Shown one piece after another: positions 9,874 through 19,568 of a stretch of DNA of 64,000 nucleotides. The notes below the pieces were generated by a model. It worked only from the letters and a program-made list of their open reading frames with translations. It was not told the DNA's origin and ran no database searches. This DNA is from Acidimicrobiia bacterium (GTDB lineage: Bacteria > Actinomycetota > Acidimicrobiia > Spongiisociales > ZC4RG35), in the NCBI GenBank assembly GCA_965203555.1, contig CBDBCY010000004.1:2944001-3008000 (forward strand). The letters run 5' to 3'. Position numbers and translations under genes: made by a program. How positions within the stretch are numbered: the first letter of the stretch is position 1; every line of letters starts with the position of its first letter.

Positions 9874-10953
9874 GTGAACGAAATAAGGGTTGCGATCGTC
9901 GGCGTCGGCAACTGCGCCTCCTCCCTGGTGCAGGGAGTGGATTTCTACCGGGACGCCCCCGCCGATCAGACGATTCCGGGTCTCATGCATCCCACGCTCG
10001 GCGGTTATCACGTACGCGACATCCGGTTCGTGGCCGCGTTCGATGTGGACGCCGCCAAGGTGGGGCAGGATCTGTCGAAGGCGATCGCGTCGGGGCAGAA
10101 CAACACCATCGCCTTCTCCGATGTGTCGCACCTGGATGTAACCGTGCAGCGAGGGCCCACCCTGGACGGGATCGGTTCCTATCTGGCCGGATTGGTGGAG
10201 GAGTCGGCGGTCCCCGAAGTGGACGTGGCCGAGGAATTGCGCCGGGCCCGGGTGGATGTGTTGGTCTCCTATCTGCCGGTGGGATCGCAGAAGGCCACCG
10301 AATTCTATGCCGAGCAGGCGCTGGCGGCGGGATGCGCCTTCGTCAACTGCATTCCGGTGTTCATCGCCCGGACGCCCGAGTGGGCCGAGCGTTTCCGGGA
10401 AGCGGGAGTTCCGATCGTGGGTGACGACATCAAATCGCAGGTGGGCGCCACCATCCTGCACCGCGCTCTGGTGAACCTTTTCCAGGACCGGGGCGTGAAG
10501 GTGGACCGCACCTATCAACTCAACTTCGGAGGCAACACCGACTTTCTCAACATGCTGGAGAGAAGCCGGCTGGTGTCGAAGAAGGAATCCAAGACCAAGG
10601 CGGTCACCAGCCAGTTGGAGACCAGGACTCCGGTGGAAGACGTACACATCGGCCCCTCGGACCATGTTCCGTGGTTGACCGACCGCAAGTGGGCGCACAT
10701 TCGCCTGGAGGGCACGGCCTTCGGCGATACTCCCCTAAACGCCGAGGTGAAACTGGAAGTGTGGGACAGCCCCAACTCGGCAGGAGTGGTAATCGACGCG
10801 GTGCGTTGCGCCAAATTGGGCCTCGACCGGGGCATTTGCGGGCCGCTCTATGAGGCGAGCGCCTATTTCATGAAGTCGCCACCCCAGCAGATGCGGGACG
10901 AAGTGGCGCGGGAAGCGGTGGAAGCCTTCATTGCAGGAGGTGCAACAGGTTAG
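9874..10953 (+). CDS. ino1: myo-inositol-1-phosphate synthase
   Basis: [64 protein letters not shown] at 9874 or ATG at 9829. Confidence 0.96.
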   Translation: MNEIRVAIVGVGNCASSLVQGVDFYRDAPADQTIPGLMHPTLGGYHVRDIRFVAAFDVDAAKVGQDLSKAIASGQNNTIAFSDVSHLDVTVQRGPTLDGIGSYLAGLVEESAVPEVDVAEELRRARVDVLVSYLPVGSQKATEFYAEQALAAGCAFVNCIPVFIARTPEWAERFREAGVPIVGDDIKSQVGATILHRALVNLFQDRGVKVDRTYQLNFGGNTDFLNMLERSRLVSKKESKTKAVTSQLETRTPVEDVHIGPSDHVPWLTDRKWAHIRLEGTAFGDTPLNAEVKLEVWDSPNSAGVVIDAVRCAKLGLDRGICGPLYEASAYFMKSPPQQMRDEVAREAVEAFIAGGATG

Positions 10954-11146
10954 AGATCTCTTTTCACAGACCGGCGGAGGGCGGGCTTCGAACCAGGGAT
11001 AACCCACCTCTCGCGAACCCCTCGTCTCCATTCGCGATAGTCACCCTTGATTCAGCCCGCCTAGCCGCCAATACAACGGTCGGTGAGAGAGGCCTCTTCT
11101 ACGCCGGTGTGCGGCCGGGGACCGATTGCCGCGGGTCGCCGATGGT

Positions 11147-11674
11147 TTATTCCCGGAGGTTCTCGATGTCCCTCCAGCCGTAGGAGACCTCGGTCAGATC
11201 CCTTCCGCCGATGGTGATCGTCTTTCTACCCAGCACCTCGCCGCCCAGGGACTCATAGAACGAACGGGCGGCGGGATTGTCTTCGAGGACCCACAGGAGC
11301 ATGGAGGAGAACCCTTGTGCCGAGAGCGCCTCGGCCAGGGCGGAGACCAGGCGCCGTCCCACTCCCCGGCGCTGGTAGTCCCGGTAGAGGTAGATGGCGT
11401 ACAGTTCGGCTCCGAAGGCGGGGTTGGCCTCCTGCTCGGGACCCCCTCCGACAAAGCCCACCACCTCGCCTGCTGGGGCTTCGGCGACGAAAGTCGAAAT
11501 GGCGGGCGGGTCTGTTCCAAGGATCTCTTCCCACCACGATGCCCGGTCGGAATACGAGAGGCCCAGAAGGAACTCGGCCGGCATCACTCCCGCGTACGTG
11601 GCTCGCCAGGAATCGATGTGCACCTTGGCGATGGAGGAAGCGTCGGAGAGACGCGCCGCCCTGATGCGGATCAT
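11147..11674 (-). CDS. GNAT-family N-acetyltransferase
   Basis: ELYAIY...QRRGVGRRL acetyl-CoA motif, LWVLEDNPAARSFYESLGG. Confidence 0.9.
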   Translation of the reverse strand: MIRIRAARLSDASSIAKVHIDSWRATYAGVMPAEFLLGLSYSDRASWWEEILGTDPPAISTFVAEAPAGEVVGFVGGGPEQEANPAFGAELYAIYLYRDYQRRGVGRRLVSALAEALSAQGFSSMLLWVLEDNPAARSFYESLGGEVLGRKTITIGGRDLTEVSYGWRDIENLRE

Positions 11675-11679
11675 CTCCG

Positions 11680-13938
11680 CTACCGGGAGGCTTGCCTGAT
11701 GGCCTGCCAGACGCGGACCGGGGTGAGGGGCATGTCGAGGTGGGTGACTCCCAGCGGCCGCAGCGCGTCAAGCACCGCGTTCTGGATGGCGGCGGTGGCC
11801 CCGATGGTTCCTGCCTCGCCGATTCCCTTCACTCCCAGCGGGTTTTGGGTGGTGGGGGTGACGGTGTGGTCGATCTCGATGGATGGCAGGTTGGCAGCGG
11901 TGGGAACCAGGTAGGTGGTGAGGTTGGTGGTAAGGGGATTGGCGTCCTCGTCGTAGAGAACCTGCTCTAACAGCGCTTGTCCGGCGGCTTGGGCGACGCC
12001 GCCCTGCACCTGCCCGTCCACCATCCGGCGGTTGAGGATCTTCCCGCAGTCGTCCACGGCGATGTGACGAAGGTAGCGAACGTCGCCGGTCTCGGTGTCC
12101 ACCTCCACCACCGCGATGTGGGTTCCGAACGGGAAGGTGGCCTCCGGCTGGTCGAAGGAAAGCTGCGAAGCCAGACCTTCGCCGCTCACCCGAGCCAACT
12201 CTCCCCAGGTCATGGTGATGTCGGGAGAACCGGCCACCGAAACGCGGCCTCCGTCGGTGACCACTACGTCCTCGGGCGCGGCCTCGTGGAGGGTGGCGAA
12301 CAGCGCTTTACCCTTTTCCACCACGTCTTCGCCCGCATGCAGGACCGCGGTTCCCCCCAACTGCAGCGACCTGGATCCCATGGTGCCGCCTCCGCTGGCC
12401 ACCCGGCCGGTGTCGCCTTGGATGTAGATGATCCGATCCATGGGGACCTGCAGTACGTCGGCGGCGATCTGGGTGAGAGAAGTTTCGTGCCCCTGCCCGT
12501 GAGAGGAAAGACCGGTGGCAACCTCGATCATCTCGTCCTCGCGGACCGTAACCGATCCCCACTCGGTCCTCCCCTGGGGAGCGGTTATCTCCACATAGGT
12601 GCTGATGCCCACTCCGAGCCGCCACCGGTCGCTACGCTGGATCCGTTCGGATTGCTGCCGGCGCAGCATGGGATAGTCCGCCATCTCCAAAGCTCGGTCC
12701 AGCGCATGGTCGTAGTCGCCGGAGTCGTAGAGTTGATTGGTGGGAGTACGGTAGGGAAACTGATGAGGACCGATGAAGTTGCGACGCCGGACCTCCACGG
12801 GATCCATGTCCAGTTCCTCGGCCAACAGATCCATGCACCTTTCCAGGTAAGCGGTGGCCTCCGGTCGTCCGGCGCCCCGGTAGGCGTTGATGGGGCAGGT
12901 GTTGGAAACCACCGACTGGTAGGTGAACTGCACCTTGGGGATGTGATAGGCGCCGTTTGCAACCATGATGGTGAATTCGGGCAGATAGGCGCCGAAGTAC
13001 ACGTAGCCGCCCGATTCGGCCACCGTGTGGACCCGAATACCCGTCAGGGTCCCATCCCGGAGGGCGCCCAACTCGACGAATTGGTAGACGCCGCGCCCGT
13101 GAGGAAGAGTGAGCAGGTTCTCTTCGCGGGTCTCCTGCCAGCGGACCGGACGCCCCAGACGGTGAGCCGAAGCGGCGCACAACACCTGTTCGGGCATGGG
13201 GGCGATCTTCACCCCGAAGCCCCCGCCCATGTCGGGAACTCTCACTCGCACCAGTTCCCGGTCGATCCCCAGGCAGCGAGAGATGACGTTGCGGTGCACG
13301 AAGGCGTTTTGGGAACCCGTCCAGACATCCAACCGATCACCGTCCGGAACCGCCAGGCAATTGCTGTTCTCCAGGGGAACCCCGGCCACCCTCTGGTTGT
13401 AGAACTCGGAGCGGATCACCACCTGTGCGTCTGCCAGGGGATCCTCGGTGACCTGGTCGGTGGTGTCCAAGGCGATGTTGGTTCCGATTTCAGGAAAGAG
13501 CAGGGGGGCATCTGCAGCCATGGCGTCGATGGGACTGGTGACGGTGGGTAGCGGATCGATGTCGACCCAGATCTGGCGGGCTGCGTCGGCGGCCTGCCGA
13601 TCGGTCTCGGCGATGACCACGGCCACTGCCTCTCCCACGAATCGCACCCGGTCGGAGGCGGGAACCGACTGGGTGAAACGCGGATCGGCGCCCGGCGACC
13701 CCACCGACAGGGGCCGCAGGTTCAGATCGGAAGCCGTGAACACGGCCACCACTCCCGGCGAGTCGACCGCGTCTTCGGTGTCTATGTCAGTGATTATCCC
13801 GTGGGGCACGTCGGAGCGAACCACCTTCATCCACAGGGCATCCGGTCGGGTTATGTTGCCGACGTACCGGCCGCGTCCCCTGATGAGGCGGGGGTCCTCG
13901 ACCCGCTTGACGGCCGCGCCGATGATAGAACTCTGCAT
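11680..13938 (-). CDS. Xanthine dehydrogenase-family molybdopterin-binding large subunit (form II CoxL-like)
   Basis: KRVEDPRLIRGRGRY, DMGGGFGVK, AYRGAGRPE, HGQGHET, GQVQGG, KGIGEAG. Start taken at ATG 13938. Confidence 0.92.
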   Translation of the reverse strand: MQSSIIGAAVKRVEDPRLIRGRGRYVGNITRPDALWMKVVRSDVPHGIITDIDTEDAVDSPGVVAVFTASDLNLRPLSVGSPGADPRFTQSVPASDRVRFVGEAVAVVIAETDRQAADAARQIWVDIDPLPTVTSPIDAMAADAPLLFPEIGTNIALDTTDQVTEDPLADAQVVIRSEFYNQRVAGVPLENSNCLAVPDGDRLDVWTGSQNAFVHRNVISRCLGIDRELVRVRVPDMGGGFGVKIAPMPEQVLCAASAHRLGRPVRWQETREENLLTLPHGRGVYQFVELGALRDGTLTGIRVHTVAESGGYVYFGAYLPEFTIMVANGAYHIPKVQFTYQSVVSNTCPINAYRGAGRPEATAYLERCMDLLAEELDMDPVEVRRRNFIGPHQFPYRTPTNQLYDSGDYDHALDRALEMADYPMLRRQQSERIQRSDRWRLGVGISTYVEITAPQGRTEWGSVTVREDEMIEVATGLSSHGQGHETSLTQIAADVLQVPMDRIIYIQGDTGRVASGGGTMGSRSLQLGGTAVLHAGEDVVEKGKALFATLHEAAPEDVVVTDGGRVSVAGSPDITMTWGELARVSGEGLASQLSFDQPEATFPFGTHIAVVEVDTETGDVRYLRHIAVDDCGKILNRRMVDGQVQGGVAQAAGQALLEQVLYDEDANPLTTNLTTYLVPTAANLPSIEIDHTVTPTTQNPLGVKGIGEAGTIGATAAIQNAVLDALRPLGVTHLDMPLTPVRVWQAIRQASR

Positions 13939-14076
13939 GCCGGAAATAGTAGGTCTGCCAAAAAGCTCCTCGGTCGCGGACGCCCGGCGGACCGGGACGG
14001 TCCTGCAATCCCGCAAGAAGATCGGGCTGAAAGAGACGTTCGGGCGGGCTGGTCTTGTATCTTGGGTTGTTGTGTA

Positions 14077-14088
14077 CTTGTATACGAG
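14077..14088. promoter_or_regulatory. Possible GntR-family operator upstream of the sugar ABC operon
   Basis: Near-palindrome CTTGTATACGAG in a locally AT-rich divergent intergenic region. Confidence 0.35.
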
Positions 14089-14214
14089 GATGAGTATCTC
14101 ACGATTCGAGCGGCCGGCGGAGCCTGTCGGTTCCAAGGTGCGAGAAGAAGGGGATCAGATGGAAAGGGTATGTTGCCAATGAGACCAAATCACAAGTTAC
14201 CGATGCCCATGATC

Positions 14215-15636
14215 ATGAGCCGGAGAAGATTCCTGCAGTTGATGGGGATGAGCGGTGCGGCAGTAGTCCTCGGCGCATGCGGCGCCGATGAAGTAGCCGA
14301 GACCACCGCGGCGCCGGCCACCACCGCCGGCACGGCTGCGCCCACCACTACAGCGGCGCCCGCACCCGTTTCGATCGACTTCTGGCTGCCCGGCGGTTCC
14401 GACCCGTTCTGCCAGGGCTTCGAGTTGGTCGCCGACAGCTTTGCTGGTTCCGGATCCGGTATCACGGTGGAGGAAGTCCTGTGCGGAGTGGCGGACGACG
14501 AGGACTTCAACGAGCGCCTGTTGGCCAACCTGGCCGCCGGTACGCCGCCCGACGCGGTCATCATCTGGGATCCTCCGGTGATCATGGCGTCCCTGGGGGC
14601 TTTGGAACCGCTGGACGGGCTGATGGCCGCCTCCCAGAACTCGAAGGTGGAGAACTGGCCGGAGGGAACCCTTGCCTCCTGCCGCTGGGACGGTCAGATC
14701 TTCGGGCTGCCCGCCACTGCCAGTTCCTACGCCATCTTCTACAACGAGGAATTGCTGGAGAGCAAGGGCATCCCCAGCGGCCGCGACGACTTCCCCAAGA
14801 CCTGGGACGACCTCAAGGCCCTGTCGGCCGAGTTCGTCCAGTGGGACGGCGACACACTGGTCTCGGCCGGGTTCATCCCGCCCTACGACGCCATCGAGAG
14901 CGCCATCTGGTCGGCCACCAACGGCGGAGTCCTGTACGACGCCGACGCTCAGCAGGTAAGACTCAACTCCGATGAGAACATCGAGATGCTCGACTACGCG
15001 GTGCAGTGGTTGAACGAGCAGTACAAGGGGGATTGGGTGGCGATGGACGCCTCGGGCAACTACCTGGGCGGCGGATACGTCGACGAACTGGGACGCCCCC
15101 CTGCCTTCCAGAGTGGTCACCACATGGCCCTGGTGGGCGGTTTCTGGGTTGCCGCCGACATGTACAGCAGTGAGTTGGTCGGATGGGAGCGCTGGAATGT
15201 AGCCGAATTCCCGGTGGGTCCGAGCGGAACATCGACCGCTTCCGGCTTTTGGCCCAACTGGTGCGCCATCCCCAAGGGTTCCGCCAATCCCGAGGCTGCC
15301 TTCGCATGGCTCGACTACCTGGTGGTCGAAGGGATGCGAACTTGGTTCGCCCAGGTCCCCGACATCCCCACCAACCGTTTGGCGCCGACCGACTTGTTCC
15401 CCCAGTCGGTAGCCGATGTCCGCGGCGATGAGTTCGCCACCGACATAACGCAGTTCTTCAAGGCACAGTTGGACGTGGCCGCACCCATGTGGACCTGCCC
15501 GGTCCAGAACTTCCTGCACGACCAGGTCTCCACGGCGATCAGCTCGGCGATGCTCAAGCAGTCGACTCCGAAGGAAGCCCTGACCGTGGCCCAGGAGGCC
15601 ACCCAGGCCGAACTGGACTCACTCTTGGCGGGCTGA
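14215..15636 (+). CDS. Carbohydrate ABC transporter substrate-binding lipoprotein (Tat signal)
   Basis: SRRRFL twin-arginine motif, lipobox LGAC, Thr/Ala-rich linker, AAGTPPD, DGQIFGLP, IFYNEELL, PKTWDDL. Start uncertain (14170-14215). Confidence 0.9.
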   Translation: MSRRRFLQLMGMSGAAVVLGACGADEVAETTAAPATTAGTAAPTTTAAPAPVSIDFWLPGGSDPFCQGFELVADSFAGSGSGITVEEVLCGVADDEDFNERLLANLAAGTPPDAVIIWDPPVIMASLGALEPLDGLMAASQNSKVENWPEGTLASCRWDGQIFGLPATASSYAIFYNEELLESKGIPSGRDDFPKTWDDLKALSAEFVQWDGDTLVSAGFIPPYDAIESAIWSATNGGVLYDADAQQVRLNSDENIEMLDYAVQWLNEQYKGDWVAMDASGNYLGGGYVDELGRPPAFQSGHHMALVGGFWVAADMYSSELVGWERWNVAEFPVGPSGTSTASGFWPNWCAIPKGSANPEAAFAWLDYLVVEGMRTWFAQVPDIPTNRLAPTDLFPQSVADVRGDEFATDITQFFKAQLDVAAPMWTCPVQNFLHDQVSTAISSAMLKQSTPKEALTVAQEATQAELDSLLAG

Positions 15637-15654
15637 TCGGCTCGGTCCCCTCTG

Positions 15655-16563
15655 ATGGGTAGGTTGCGGCGGCTTCAACCCAGACCGCTGGGCCGGCGAG
15701 AAGCGCTGGCAGGGTTTCTGTTCGTGTCTCCCTGGCTGTTTGCTCTCGTGGTGTTCCACGTCTATCCGATAGTCGCCGCCACCTACCTGTCGTTCTCCGA
15801 CTACAGCGTGTTCACGCCCCCCGAGTTCGTCGGGGGGGACAACTACGTGAAGCTGTTGGACGATCCCACGGTTTGGAGGGCGGCCGGCAACAGCCTCTTC
15901 TACGCCCTGCTGTCGGTCCCGATCGGCTTGGCGGCGTCGCTGGTGCTGGCGCTCCTCCTCAACCGCCCGGTCCGGGGAATCGGCATCCACCGGACCTTCT
16001 TCTACATGCCGGCGGTGGTCCCGCCCGTGGCGGGAACCATCGTGTTCCTCCTGCTCTTGGAGCCCCGTGCGGGGCCTCTCAACACCGCCATAGAGACGGT
16101 CGGCCTGGACGGACCGGCCTGGTTCCAGGATCCCGCCTTCGCCAAGTGGGGGCTGATCATCCTGAGCCTGTGGGGGGTGGGCGCCGGGACCCTGATCTTC
16201 CTGGCCGGCCTCCAGGAGATACCCGAATCTCTGCTGGAGGCGGCTTCGATCGACGGAGCGGGCGCCTGGCGGAGGTTCCGTCACGTCACGTTTCCCCTGC
16301 TGACCCCCGTGATCCTCTTCAACCTGGTGATCGGGGTGATCTACTCCTTTCAGGTCTTCGATGCGGCCATGATCGTGGGAGGCACCTCGGGGGTGCCCGC
16401 CGGATCGACGCTCATGTACATGGTCCACATCTACCGGACGGCCTTCGGATATTTCGACATGGGCTACGCCTCGGCCCAGGCCATGGTGCTGTTCCTGGTG
16501 ATCGTGGCTGTGACCGGTGCTATCTTCGGGACCACCAGGCGCTGGGTCTACGAGGGGGTGTAG
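15655..16563 (+). CDS. Carbohydrate ABC transporter permease
   Basis: EAA loop LAGLQEIPESLLEAASIDGAG...FRHVTFPLL. Confidence 0.93.
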   Translation: MGRLRRLQPRPLGRREALAGFLFVSPWLFALVVFHVYPIVAATYLSFSDYSVFTPPEFVGGDNYVKLLDDPTVWRAAGNSLFYALLSVPIGLAASLVLALLLNRPVRGIGIHRTFFYMPAVVPPVAGTIVFLLLLEPRAGPLNTAIETVGLDGPAWFQDPAFAKWGLIILSLWGVGAGTLIFLAGLQEIPESLLEAASIDGAGAWRRFRHVTFPLLTPVILFNLVIGVIYSFQVFDAAMIVGGTSGVPAGSTLMYMVHIYRTAFGYFDMGYASAQAMVLFLVIVAVTGAIFGTTRRWVYEGV

Positions 16564-16586
16564 ATGAGGGGAAGTAGAGAGAACCG

Positions 16587-17498
16587 ATGAGACTCCTTCG
16601 TCCAGGCGCTTTCACAGAGACCGGGCCCGGCGTAGCCGATGAGCCGCGGCAGGGCTTTTACGCCGGTCGCATGGGGTGGTTCCGTCAGTCGGCATGGCAC
16701 ATGGTGCTGGGCGCCATGTCGGTGTGCTTCGCCCTTCCCCTGGTGTGGATGCTCAGTTCGGCTTTGAAGAGGAACGAAGAGATATTCACCATCCCCGTCA
16801 AGTGGTTTCCGGAGACGTTCAGGTGGGGCAACTTCGCGGAGGTACTCGAGTATCCGGGATTCCCCTTCTTCAAGTTCTTCGGAAACAGCCTCTTCTACGC
16901 GGGAAGCGTGACGGTGGGAACGGTGCTCTCCTGCGCGGTGGTCGGATACGGATTTGCCCGACTGCGCTTTCCCGGGCGGGGAATCCTCTTCAGTCTCACC
17001 CTGGCCACCATGATGGTCCCCGCCATAGTGACCTTCATCCCCACCTTCCTCCTGTTCAGGTATCTGGGTGTGCTGGGGACCTACATACCACTGATCGCCC
17101 CGGCTTTCTTCGCCCAGGCCTTTTTCATCTTCATGATGCGCCAGTTCTTCCGGGGCCTGCCCCGGGAACTGGATGACGCCGCCCGGGTCGACGGCGCCGG
17201 CGAGTTCCGCATCTTCTGGCAGATCATGCTGCCTCTGGTCAAGCCGGCGCTGGTGGTGATGGCGGTGTTCACCTTCGTGTGGACCTGGCACGACTTCTTC
17301 GGACCGCTGATCTACCTCAACGATCCCGACCAGTACCCCCTGTCGCTGGGCCTGTACTCCTTCCGCGGTCGGAGGCTGACCGAATGGCACCTGATGATGG
17401 CCGCGGCTACCCTGATGACCGCGCCGCTGGTGATCCTGTTCGCGGTGGCCCAGAAGTATTTCGTGAGTGGTATGAGGATGTTCGGGATCAAGGGATGA
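16587..17498 (+). CDS. Carbohydrate ABC transporter permease
   Basis: RQFFRGLPRELDDAARVDGAG...IMLPL, GYGFARLRFPG. Confidence 0.93.
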   Translation: MRLLRPGAFTETGPGVADEPRQGFYAGRMGWFRQSAWHMVLGAMSVCFALPLVWMLSSALKRNEEIFTIPVKWFPETFRWGNFAEVLEYPGFPFFKFFGNSLFYAGSVTVGTVLSCAVVGYGFARLRFPGRGILFSLTLATMMVPAIVTFIPTFLLFRYLGVLGTYIPLIAPAFFAQAFFIFMMRQFFRGLPRELDDAARVDGAGEFRIFWQIMLPLVKPALVVMAVFTFVWTWHDFFGPLIYLNDPDQYPLSLGLYSFRGRRLTEWHLMMAAATLMTAPLVILFAVAQKYFVSGMRMFGIKG

Positions 17499-17538
17499 CA
17501 AACCGGTCCCGCATGGAACACGACCCTGTAGAGGAGAG

Positions 17539-18684
17539 TTGATGACTGAAGAACTTGGAGTGGGAGTGGTGGGTCTGGGGAGCGTGTTCGAGCCCTACGC
17601 GGAGTTGATGTGCCGGCTGCGAGCAGAGGGACGGATCCGGGTGGTCGCCACCTGTGACATCAACCCCGACCGCTCCGATGCGGGAGAGCGCCTTCTCTCC
17701 GAACCCGTGCGGTTCACCACCGACTACTCCGAGGTGATCTCCGACCCCCGGGTGGACGCGGTGGTGATCCTCACCTCCATGCCGGCCCACGGCCCCATCG
17801 CCCTGGAGGCCCTCCGGGCCGGAAAGCACGTCCTGGTCGAAAAGCCCATGTCGGTGACACTGGCCGGCGCCGAGGCCATCCTGGAGGAGGCCGAGCGCTC
17901 CGACTCGGTGCTGATCTGCGCGCCGGCGGTGGTGCTGAGCCCGACGTTCCAGGCGATCTGGAAGCGGGTGGTCCACCACCGCGAGATCGGTCCGGTGCAC
18001 CTGGCCAGGGGGAGGTACGGCTGGTCGGGACCCGAATGGGGACAGTGGTTCTACCGCCCCGGGGGAGGGCCGGTGTTCGACCTGGCGGTGTACAACATCA
18101 CCGCTCTCACCGCCTGGCTGGGACCGGTCCGCCGGGTGACGGCCCTGGCTGGAACCGCCTACCCCCGACGGGTGGTGGACGGCGAGGAGATCGAGGTGGA
18201 GGTGTACGACAACTACCAGATACTCATGGACTTCGGCGATGCCACCTTCGGGGTGGTCACCACCGGCTTCACCATGGAGCGATACCGGTCGCCGTGCCTG
18301 GAGTTGTACGGCGGCGGGGGGACCATCCAGATGAGGGGAGACGACTGGGCGCCGGAGGGGTACGAGATGTGGACCAACGACTTGGGTGCCTGGGCGATCC
18401 ACGACGAGATCGACCCCCGATGGGACTGGACCGTAGGACTCGAGCACTTGGTGGACGTGGTGGACGGCGCCACCCAACTGATCCAACCCCGCCACGCTTT
18501 CCATGTCCTGGAGATCATGCTGGCCGCCGACCGGGCGGCCGCAACCGGCGTCGCGCAGGACCTCGACAGCACCTTCGATCCGCTTGCATTCGATCCCGAC
18601 TCGATCTACCTCTCCGGTACCGCTCCGGTCCATGACCGCCGGATCATCCGCACCGAGGAACACCTCCGGGAGGCCGACGAATGA
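17539..18684 (+). CDS. Gfo/Idh/MocA-family oxidoreductase
   Basis: VGVVGLG, ALRAGKHVLVEKP, GGGPVFDLAVY. Confidence 0.9.
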   Translation: MMTEELGVGVVGLGSVFEPYAELMCRLRAEGRIRVVATCDINPDRSDAGERLLSEPVRFTTDYSEVISDPRVDAVVILTSMPAHGPIALEALRAGKHVLVEKPMSVTLAGAEAILEEAERSDSVLICAPAVVLSPTFQAIWKRVVHHREIGPVHLARGRYGWSGPEWGQWFYRPGGGPVFDLAVYNITALTAWLGPVRRVTALAGTAYPRRVVDGEEIEVEVYDNYQILMDFGDATFGVVTTGFTMERYRSPCLELYGGGGTIQMRGDDWAPEGYEMWTNDLGAWAIHDEIDPRWDWTVGLEHLVDVVDGATQLIQPRHAFHVLEIMLAADRAAATGVAQDLDSTFDPLAFDPDSIYLSGTAPVHDRRIIRTEEHLREADE

Positions 18685-19550
18685 GTCGCCGACCTTCCCC
18701 GCGGCCCGAGTACGACCGGGCAACCGCCATCCGGTATGACCAGGCCGTCCTGCATCTTTGGGGAGACGAAGATTCCGGATACGTGGGCGACCGGATCTAT
18801 GCGTCGTCGGGGCTCATCCACCTGATCGAGTTCTCCCTCCGGCCCAGGGCGCGTTTCACCCACTCGGAAGGAAACCGCACCATCTTCGCGGCCGACGAGG
18901 TGCTTTATGTAGCCGAAGGCGAGATGCTCCTTGTCAACCCCGAGACGGGCGAGGCGGTGGTAGCCCGGGAGGGCGAATCGGTGTTCTTCCGCCGCGACAC
19001 ATGGCACCATGCCGTCAACCGGAGCAACGACGGGCCGCTGCGGGTGATGGAGCTGTTCGCCCCGCCCCCCTCCACCGGTGCGTCCTCCACCTACGCCCGC
19101 ACTCAGGCCTACCTGTCCGAGTCCGAGTGGACCTACGGCGACGACCGCTGGCTGGGGCGCTGGCCGATGAGCAGGGCAGAGCGCGAGGAGAACCGCTCCT
19201 TCCACATGGTCGCCGAGCGGGACCTGCTGTGGAGAGCCGACCATCCCACAGACGATCTGTTGGTGGGACTGATCTGCAGCACCGAACATCTCACCGCCGG
19301 ACGGGCCCGGTTGCTCCCAGGACAGGAGAGCCTGGTCCGCCGGCACGGAGGGGACCTGGCCATGGTGGTGCTATCCGGGGAGGTCGCGGTATTCCTGCCC
19401 GAGGTCCCTGAGCCTCCCGGTTGGTTCGAACTGGGCGTCGGTGACGGCTTCTACGTTCCCCACGGCACCCGCTATCAACTCTTCGGGCACCGGGGCGGGG
19501 GCGAGGTCCTGTTCGGGGTGGCGCCCGCCTACCTTCCAGGGGACGGCTGA
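18681..19550 (+). CDS. Bicupin-domain protein
   Basis: Two cupin-like repeats (HSEG...DEVLYVAEG...GESVFF...WH and HGGD...VLSGEV...GDGFYVP). ATGA overlap. Confidence 0.75.
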   Translation: MSRRPSPRPEYDRATAIRYDQAVLHLWGDEDSGYVGDRIYASSGLIHLIEFSLRPRARFTHSEGNRTIFAADEVLYVAEGEMLLVNPETGEAVVAREGESVFFRRDTWHHAVNRSNDGPLRVMELFAPPPSTGASSTYARTQAYLSESEWTYGDDRWLGRWPMSRAEREENRSFHMVAERDLLWRADHPTDDLLVGLICSTEHLTAGRARLLPGQESLVRRHGGDLAMVVLSGEVAVFLPEVPEPPGWFELGVGDGFYVPHGTRYQLFGHRGGGEVLFGVAPAYLPGDG

Positions 19551-19568
19551 GTCATCGCAACCCGAGAG

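Noticed and set aside
11680-13938. True aerobic CO dehydrogenase (coxL form I)
   Set aside because: The active-site loop is AYRGAGR, not AYxCSFR.
13801-14214. N-terminal extensions of the SBP and CoxL-like ORFs in the track
   Set aside because: They overlap each other head-to-head; the Tat signal and family homology indicate later starts, leaving a divergent promoter region.
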